Shown here: positions 57,401-64,000 of the stretch, one piece after another | How the letters are laid out: each line of letters opens with the position of its first letter | Numbering within the stretch: position 1 is the first letter of the stretch | From: Flectonema sp. DT1601 | Lineage: Eukaryota | Direction: 5' to 3' | NCBI GenBank assembly: GCA_964019425.1 | Contig: OZ025780.1 | Coordinates: 124,001-188,000 of the forward strand | Length of the DNA stretch: 64,000 nt | Translations under genes and position numbers: made by a program | The notes under the pieces: model-generated | Database searches by the model: none | What the model was told of the DNA's origin: nothing | The model's input: the letters and a program-made list of their open reading frames with translations, nothing else

Positions 57401-58665
57401 TTTTTGGCAAAAGGGAGAGATAAGTCATGGATCATTAAACTCCATGTTAACCTTGACAATAACAAGTGTTGGACAGACCAAGCCTTCTGAGACCCATATA
57501 GTGGCATGGCGTCGACTTTTTTTAAAAAATTCCTGGTAAAAGTGGTCAGGCGCTCTCGCAATTTCTGTTCTTTGGCGTTCGGCTCAAACCAACGCCCGAG
57601 GTATTTGAACTCTCCAGCTTCCTGGAGATTCGTAATCGGAACATTGTTAATCTTCAGGTCCGGGTTAGCTGGTTTCCCTTGTACAAAGCTGTGGGCAATG
57701 CATTTCTGGGGTTTCGCTTTCATACCTCGAGACCAGGAAAGAAACTGTTCGAGCGACTTGATTAGCAATTTTGCCCCCGCCTTTGATGACGTGGTAAGTT
57801 GTAAATCATCAGCAAAAGCTGCAACTAATAGTTGGAGGGATTTATTGTTAAACTCGTAGGCTTCCTGTTGATGAACTGCTAAGGAAAAGAGCAGTAGTTG
57901 GAATACCAAATTAAAAAGGGTTGGGGAGGAAACGCAGCCTTGAAAGACACCAACTTCAAAAGGGATAGTGGGCGTCAGGCCTTCTCCAACTCTGATTTGG
58001 ACGCGCATGGAGGAATAATACCTTTTATAGAAACCGATTATTCTTTCGTGAATTCCGAAATATTTTAAAGCAAAGAAAATTAATTGATGTTTGACTGAGC
58101 CGAAAGCATCTGCCAAATCCACCCAGACAATTGTTAGGTTTTTCCGGAGAGCTTTCACTTCTTTAAAAATCTCTGAGGTGATCGTGGCATGTTCGATACA
58201 CCCAGAGACACCTTTCCTAAAGCCTTTTTGAAAATTAAATTTAGAAAGAGTGTGGCTTGCGACGGCTTCCTGAATAACCGTATTAAAAATTTTCCCGTCG
58301 CAGTTGCCCACAGCTATCGGTCTCGTTTTCGAGATGTCTTTCCCATCGGAGTTGGGCTTTGGGAGCATTGTTACAAATGCTAAGCCCCAACTATCCGGAT
58401 AGGCCTTGAGTTCGAAAATTCTCTTTAATACCTTGTAAAGTGCTTCCATAAAAGTTGGGACCTTTTTCCATACAACATAAGGTATGCAATTGGGACCAGG
58501 GGCACATTTGTTTTTTTTCTTTGATAAGAGAATACCAAACTGTTCGAAGCTCGGGAACTGGATATCATCCATTGTCTTGTAGTCAGACTTAGGTAAAAAA
58601 GAGGGATGGGTGAAATCAGTTTTTTTTTTTTTCATTGTCACAATAATTGTTTTTAAAATGTTCAA
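54445..58665 (-). CDS. Retrotransposon ORF2, copy C (RT + RLE + extension)
   Basis: Same 1406 aa translation as copy B. Confidence 0.95.
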   Translation of the reverse strand: MNILKTIIVTMKKKKTDFTHPSFLPKSDYKTMDDIQFPSFEQFGILLSKKKNKCAPGPNCIPYVVWKKVPTFMEALYKVLKRIFELKAYPDSWGLAFVTMLPKPNSDGKDISKTRPIAVGNCDGKIFNTVIQEAVASHTLSKFNFQKGFRKGVSGCIEHATITSEIFKEVKALRKNLTIVWVDLADAFGSVKHQLIFFALKYFGIHERIIGFYKRYYSSMRVQIRVGEGLTPTIPFEVGVFQGCVSSPTLFNLVFQLLLFSLAVHQQEAYEFNNKSLQLLVAAFADDLQLTTSSKAGAKLLIKSLEQFLSWSRGMKAKPQKCIAHSFVQGKPANPDLKINNVPITNLQEAGEFKYLGRWFEPNAKEQKLRERLTTFTRNFLKKVDAMPLYGSQKAWSVQHLLLSRLTWSLMIHDLSLPFAKKMDKIIKPFLKKWWGFVRSANTVILFTGSKNTVGLRHKRVETLYKQAQSIKLDILRSSQDSDMHGVYNVIMEKSSNWSKKFSASAEWERLIKFFSYRSLAKQSAGLGHRLRDLRTTRPDLLKRFEVEATDELLNSLNKLQVQGQWKEWSKCMINDFTWNKVLREGNPAYISFQLKAVTNTLPSQDNLKRWNITNVDQNCVLCGKVNPTLRHVLTGCPVSLTQGRFTWRHDSVLKRIVIFLEELIIKANKRKENLPPPSQTFLKTGENKPLERISKETGELSLANDWVILDDVGDNRLIVPLEVCHVSSSLRPDIFIYSFFAKRALILELTCPNEDRFETSHVLKEKKYLKLRDSIIANGFDCNIFTIEVGVRGNICMDQLNIWTRHIGSPLAPTKALFCECTRIARQCSYVLFQTRNLPTWHSRPLMRSIKEEPATASFIKDGKEIFPVEEVKIHKVTKLKTIEKLTIERSWLEKCFIWQTCYASALSILLIANGSSSPAPSVLLDEDELTGLSLSFSSISSISFQTPPPELMSTGSQTLPADFAIVIRTQSDMGSQTPLYKKKEGKLRLKLSLKCQILENELEQMKERIFYVLFLFYFNAMSASLEKDKQLLNGLPVEIKATNQDPSSLPPAPPVLIIEKDRKEYELLEGVIQRLTAERDESKTSLSALVRQYDLVEDYRKRELANLTQRADLSEMALFNYHQRFVLLSNELETKCNEERESKIRLFYTQQEVESLRAARPRMTHFSQQVSPRTPVLYESVAMMKIAKNYLSLFTTTSSLFTPLIKPLIPTLNYITPLCPLASIPPTMPQSEALDRTPTKILRQESHVISVKENTPIARQWSEGRIDLLENYCRAVDDSLETNEKAAELSEQLLDAQLRLSELNHQRCTTHAEQLEQSMMLTGLASDLNAQLALARSQIAALKFQLASWAEGLSPPDTEEHEENETPPRKSERSTLKKRTPPSRYRYNRRRCSADDVHGDSTPL

Positions 58666-59572
58666 TTATTTTTTCCTCTGGAATATCAAGGGAGGGGGGT
58701 TGAGGATCTTCTTTTTGGAGTTCTTCTTTTATGGCAGTAAACGGATTTTGACGAAATTTATCTTGTAATTTTTTGAATAAATTTTTCTTTTCTAAATTCC
58801 GATACATTCGGAAAATCCTTTTCATTCTCGTTCTTGCCTCTTTCCATTTGACAGCGTTCTCTATAGAAGGCCCAGATTTGCGGAGCTCCTGTCTTAGCTG
58901 TTTCATTTCCAGACGACATTCAAGTTTTTCTTGGTCGAGGATGACCTCTTCCCTTGATTTCTGTTTGCGGGGTAAATTCCGCTTTGTTTCTTCAAAGAAA
59001 CCGCTACATATTTGATAAACCGTTTTGAGTAGTTTATCAAGTTGGTCGGCAGGTTTTGAAGAGTTTTCTGTTTCGACGGTGAAAGTTTGAAGTTTTTCTG
59101 CAGCAGAAACGTCGATGTCCTTCCATTCAGTTCCAAAAGATCGGAATTTGAGACGAGACGGGTGTAACGGGGTAAAAGTGGGTGTTGTAGAGTTATAAGG
59201 AACGAAAGCTGTTTGTGAAGTTTTAAAATCTACAGATTCTCCTACAAAGGGAGGTTCCAGGTCTGAATTATTCCCTGTGAGGGGAGACAGAGGTGTACCT
59301 TTACATGTACCGTTAACACAGTGTTTCGCTCTCGTAGCGATACTTTTGAAAAGCTTACCACATTCTGGACAAGGTAAGTGGTAACAATCTTTAACTTGGG
59401 AGTGGGTAGATGGGGGAAAACGTGACTTATAGTCCTTAAATTCCTTACTAAACTTACAGTTACGTCTAAAATGCGCAACTGGACCTTTGAGGTATGTCTC
59501 AAAACATAAAGGACATTTGGCTACTAAAGTTTTATCCCCATCCAGAGCCGATCTCGAAATAGCCTCTTGCAA
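58616..59572 (-). CDS. Copy C 5' ORF (zinc fingers)
   Basis: Same translation as the other copies. Confidence 0.8.
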   Translation of the reverse strand: MQEAISRSALDGDKTLVAKCPLCFETYLKGPVAHFRRNCKFSKEFKDYKSRFPPSTHSQVKDCYHLPCPECGKLFKSIATRAKHCVNGTCKGTPLSPLTGNNSDLEPPFVGESVDFKTSQTAFVPYNSTTPTFTPLHPSRLKFRSFGTEWKDIDVSAAEKLQTFTVETENSSKPADQLDKLLKTVYQICSGFFEETKRNLPRKQKSREEVILDQEKLECRLEMKQLRQELRKSGPSIENAVKWKEARTRMKRIFRMYRNLEKKNLFKKLQDKFRQNPFTAIKEELQKEDPQPPSLDIPEEKIIEHFKNNYCDNEKKKN

Positions 59573-60015
59573 AGCCTCGGGGGCTGGGTTGGCTGAGAGA
59601 TGGTTGCCAGTATCTTTATGACACCGCCGGCCCGGTGTTTCTTTTTTTTTTTGTTGTGAAGTAGCAATAATAAAAAAAAAAAAAAATAGAAAAGAGAATG
59701 GCTCAGAAACAATATCGATGAGTTAAGATCTTTTTTTTTAAACTATTCCTTTTTTTTTAATTTCGGGCAGCTAACCCTAGAGTTTTTTTTTGGTAAATAC
59801 TGTTTAAAGGAAAACGAGCTACGCTCTAAAACAGAAAAATCGGAGTAACTACTTGTTTATAATATATATTTTGATAAATAATGTGGTTGGCAAATGAATG
59901 CCGAAGAGGCAACTTGAGAAAAGCAATTGGATGAGAAGAAACATTGGGTCTTATAAAGCAAAGGAGATAGAGGGGCCTAAAAAGACCGCAGAGTGGATAG
60001 CTCCACAAAAGGCTG

Positions 60016-60552
60016 AATTTCGATAAAGTGGGAAGTAACGGACTGGGAGCTTTTGGCTCCTGCCCTATTCCCGATGTAAACTTTCTTTTTATTTTTATTT
60101 TTTTTTTTTAACAGGCCCAAAGGGCGACAATGATGGTTGCTGACCAAGGAATAATATTCAAATGAATTTTCGTTTCAAAGAAACGAACAGAATTGAGAGA
60201 GAGGCAGAGAAAAAAAAAAAAAAAAAAAAGAAAGAATAGAAAAAAAAAAATATGAAGAGGAAATAATCAAACATGAAAAAAAAAAAAAAACAAAATATAA
60301 ATAAAAAACGTTGTATGAAAAAGTAAAAAAAGAAAAAAAAAGACCAGAAAAGGAAAGAGAAAATGAAAAGGTATAATATTATTGTGGGGATATGAGGATA
60401 GCAGGGAGATGCTCTTTTTTTTTTTTTTTTTTTTTTTTTATTTATTATTTAAAAAAAGGAAACAATCAGTTTAGCGTCTCGATCAGGACGGAAAATAGAA
60501 ATTAATCGACATAGTCGATCGATAGAAAAAAAACAATGATAACATTGTTTAT

Positions 60553-60585
<33 letters not shown>

Positions 60586-60839
60586 CTTTTAATTATTTTA
60601 AAGAAAAAACAATCAGTTTAGCGTCTTGACCAGGACGGAAAATAGAAAGTAATCGACATAGTCGATCGATAAAAAAAAAACAATGATAACATTGTTTATT
60701 CCTTTTTTTTTTTTTTTTTTTTTATTCTTTTCATTTATTTTTAAAGAAAAAACAATCAGTTTAGCGTCCTGACCAGGACGGAAAATTGAAAGTGATCGAC
60801 ATAGTCGATCGATAAAAAAACAATGATAACATTGATTAA

Positions 60840-60872
<33 letters not shown>

Positions 60873-61657
60873 TTTTAATTATTTTTTAAAGAAAAAACAA
60901 TCAGTTTAGCGTCTTGACCAGGACGGAAAATAGAAAGTGATCGACATAGTCGATCGATAAAAAACAATGATAACATTGTTTATTCTTTTTTTTTTTTTTT
61001 TTTTTTTTTTAATCCTTTTTATTATTTTAAAGAAAAAACAATCAGTTTAGCGTCTTGACCAGGACGGAAAATAGAAAGTGATCGACATAGTCGATCGATA
61101 AAAAAACAATGATAACATTGTTTATTCTTTTTTTTTTTTTTTTTTTTTAAATTCTTTTTATTTATTTTTAAAGAAAAAAAAACGGAAAATAAAAATTAGT
61201 CGACAAAGTCGAACGATAAAAAAAAAACAATGATAACATTGTTTATTCTTTTTGTTTTTGTTTTTTTTTATATTCTTTTTTATTAATTTTGAAAAAAAAA
61301 CAATCAGTTTAGCGTCTTGACCAGGACGGAAAATAGAAAGTAATCGACATAGTCGATCGATGAAAAAAAAACAATGATAACATTGTTTATTCTTTTTTTT
61401 TTTTTTTTTTTTTTAATTCTTTTTATTTATTTTTTAAAAAGAAAAAAACGGAAAATAGAAATTAGTCAACAAAGTCGAACAATAAAAAAAAAAAAACAAT
61501 GATAACATTGTTTATTCTTTTTTTTTTATTTTTTTTTTATATTCTTTTTTATTAATTTTGAAAAAAAAACAATCAGTTTAGCGTCTTGACCAGGACGGAA
61601 AATAGAAAGTGATCGACATAGTCGATCGATAAAAAAAAACAATGATAACATTGTTTA

Positions 61658-61692
<35 letters not shown>

Positions 61693-62440
61693 CTTTTTAT
61701 TATTTTTAAAGAAAAAACAATCAGTTTAGCGTCTTGACCAGGACGAAAAATAGAAAGTGATCGACATAGTCGATCGATAAAAAAACAATGATAACATTGT
61801 TTATTCTTTTTTTTTTTTTTTTTTTTCTAAATCCTTCTTATTATTTTTTAAAGAAAAAACAATCAGTTTAGCGTCTTGACCAGGACGGAAAATAGAAAGT
61901 AATCGACATAGTCGATCGATAAAATAAAAACAATGATAACATTGTTTATTCCTTTTTTCTTTTTTTTTTTATTCTTTTTATTTATTTTTAAAGAAAAAAC
62001 AATCAGTTTAGCGTCCTGACCAGGACGAAAAATAGAAAGTGATCGACATAGTCGATCGATAAAAAAACAATGATAACATTGTTTATTCTTTTTTTTTTGT
62101 TTTTTTTTTTTTTATTCTTTTTATTTATTTTTTAAAGAAAAAACAATCAGTTTAGCGTCTTGACCAGGACGGAAAATAGAAATTAGTCGACAAAGTCGAT
62201 CGATAACAAAACAATGATAACATTGTTTATTCTTTTTTTTTTTTTTTTTTTTTTTATTCTTTTTATTTATTTTTTAAAGAAAAAACAATCAGTTTAGCGT
62301 CCTGACCAGGACGGAAAATAGAAAGTAATCGACATAGTCGATCGATAAAAAAAAACAATGATAACATTGTTTAATCTTTTTTTTTTTTTTTTTTTTTATT
62401 CTTTTTATTTATTTAGAAAAAACAATCAGTTTAGCGTCTT
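60016..62440 (-). mobile_element. Copy D: terminal 2.4 kb of the 3' UTR, 5'-truncated within the satellite
   Basis: Matches copy A 14541-18550 unit for unit (without the MITE) and breaks mid-unit at gcgtctt|acaagtctgg. Confidence 0.9.
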
Positions 62441-64000
62441 ACAAGTCTGGGATAATCCCTGCCAGAGGGGCGAGTATTCTACCATGGTTGAAATACTCTG
62501 GCAACTGATCTTCAATTTTATGTTGTTTGTTAGCTGTTGGTGTATCTTGATCATGTGTTGATACTTGCATTTTTTTTATTTGTAATCTTTCACTACAATC
62601 ATTCTTGCCTACTGCAACTGGAAATATTACTGCGCGGAAAAAACCGCACTAATTTCCAAATCTGCAAAAAACCGCACTAATTTTTCCACGCAGTAATATT
62701 TCCACCGCACTAATATTTCTGCTCAGAAGTGATTTTTTCTCCAGAAGCATTTTTCTGCTGGTGCCTTACACAGCAAAAAAGCAACCAAATTTTTTTCTAC
62801 CACCAAGTGGAAAAAACCGCACTAATCTTTTCTCAAAAAAACCGCACTAATTTTTCCGCGCAGTAATTATTCAGCGCAGTAATATTTCCAGTTGCAGTAT
62901 ATCTTTTATTTTTATTCTCTATCTGTTCTGGTCTGTTACCTCATTTGTCTTGTTTAACTTCAGTTATATCCATTTTACTTTTTATTATTTCCCATCTACT
63001 TTTTATTTTCTATTAGTTCTGGTCAGAAACTCCTGGGCAGCAAGAAGGAAAGTAGTTAGAAGTACTTCTGGGTGTTTGGCATCACCCCCCATAGTGAGCA
63101 AGTACAACAGGTAGCATTGGTAGTCTGTTGATCCTGAGTGATCCCAGCTACAGTTTTGTTTTTCTTTCTTTTTTTTAGAAGAAGATCAGGACATCCAAGC
63201 ACTGCTGGATAGTTGCTGAATGCAGGGCCTGCCTGTGATTATAATAACAGGCTAAGTCATTTGTAGTTCATAGTTTACCTTTGATTTTATAACTTCACAT
63301 AGGTACTATGAACGATGAGAGATCCAGTGGGATCACTCAGGGTCTAGTAGAGACCACCAATGTTGTGCGTTGATAGGCAAGGTGACCAACCTTGACATTC
63401 TTTCTTTTCTCTCCTGTTGTGACAAACACAAAATACACACACAGCTTACAGTGTGTTCTTTGTGTATGTTTTCTTCAGGTGTGAGTAGTTTTTTTGTTCT
63501 TGCTCTTCAGGGAGGGCCTTAGCCAAAAGCTAACAGTCCAAATCTCACCTGGTAACTTAACCCTGAAGCATCGTAGGCTACCAGTTTCCTTCGAGAATCC
63601 GCAGATGGTGCAGGGCTAAACCGAGATGAGGAAGATAACACCCGCACACGGATGTTGAGATAACGTTTGTATGATGTTCATCCGGCTTGACGAGATTAGC
63701 AAAGACAAATACTCACGGATAGGTTGGGTTGTTCGTCAGGTCCTGATAGTTTTCTCAGCCTCTGGAAGTTTTACTGAGTGTATGTTTTCTTCAGGTGTGA
63801 GTAGTTTTTTTGTTCTTGCTCTTCAGGGAGGGCCTTAGCCAAAAGCTAACAGTCCAAATCTCACCTGGAAATTCAACTCAGTCCTTGTCAGTTTTGGCAT
63901 CAAACCTGTAATGGTTTAATCATTACAGGTTATTTACTGAAATATTTGTTCTAAAAGTTGCTAAGTATTTCTCACTTAGAAATTTTTTATTTTTTTATTT
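62441..64000. repeat. Continuation of the ~1.7 kb host tandem repeat (right part of unit 2, then unit 3)
   Basis: Resumes at exactly the host sequence seen uninterrupted at 12868. Confidence 0.9.
62612..62897. mobile_element. Tc1/mariner-like MITE (286 bp, TA flanks)
   Basis: TA-ctgcaactggaaatattactgcgc ... gcgcagtaatatttccagttgcag-TA, a perfect 24 bp TIR. Internal aaaaaccgcactaat repeats. Absent at ~13020. Confidence 0.85.

Larger units (their letters stand above)
49455..60015 (-). mobile_element. RLE non-LTR retrotransposon copy C, full length (10561 bp)
   Basis: Junctions at 49455 and 60016. Nearly identical to copy B, minus one ~264 bp satellite dimer. Confidence 0.92.

Overview
Eukaryotic DNA, AT-rich, with short canonical GT-AG introns; a protist origin is likely but cannot be established from this window. 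Bases 1-7.4 kb hold three minus-strand host genes: a D/D-domain + EF-hand protein, a 4-exon CAMK-type kinase and a 4-exon poly(A)-binding-protein-like gene. The rest is a nested repeat landscape. Its main component is one ~48 kb insertion (14541-62440) into a unit of a ~1.7 kb tandem repeat. The insertion is a head-to-tail array of a ~10.5 kb R2-group (HERO-like) non-LTR retrotransposon: three full-length copies plus one 5'-truncated copy. A fifth, 5'-truncated copy is nested in inverted orientation inside the first. The element has several unusual properties. Its zinc-finger 5' ORF has no AUG start and is separated from the RT-RLE ORF by a frameshift in an A13 run. It has a ~560 aa C-terminal extension with coiled-coil and hydrophobic segments. 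Its 5-6 kb 3' UTR carries a tandem array of three-hairpin units, and it ends in a stem-loop with no poly(A) tail or TSD. Secondary insertions include a MULE, piggyBac fragments and several MITEs. All family assignments come from motif recognition by eye, not from database searches.
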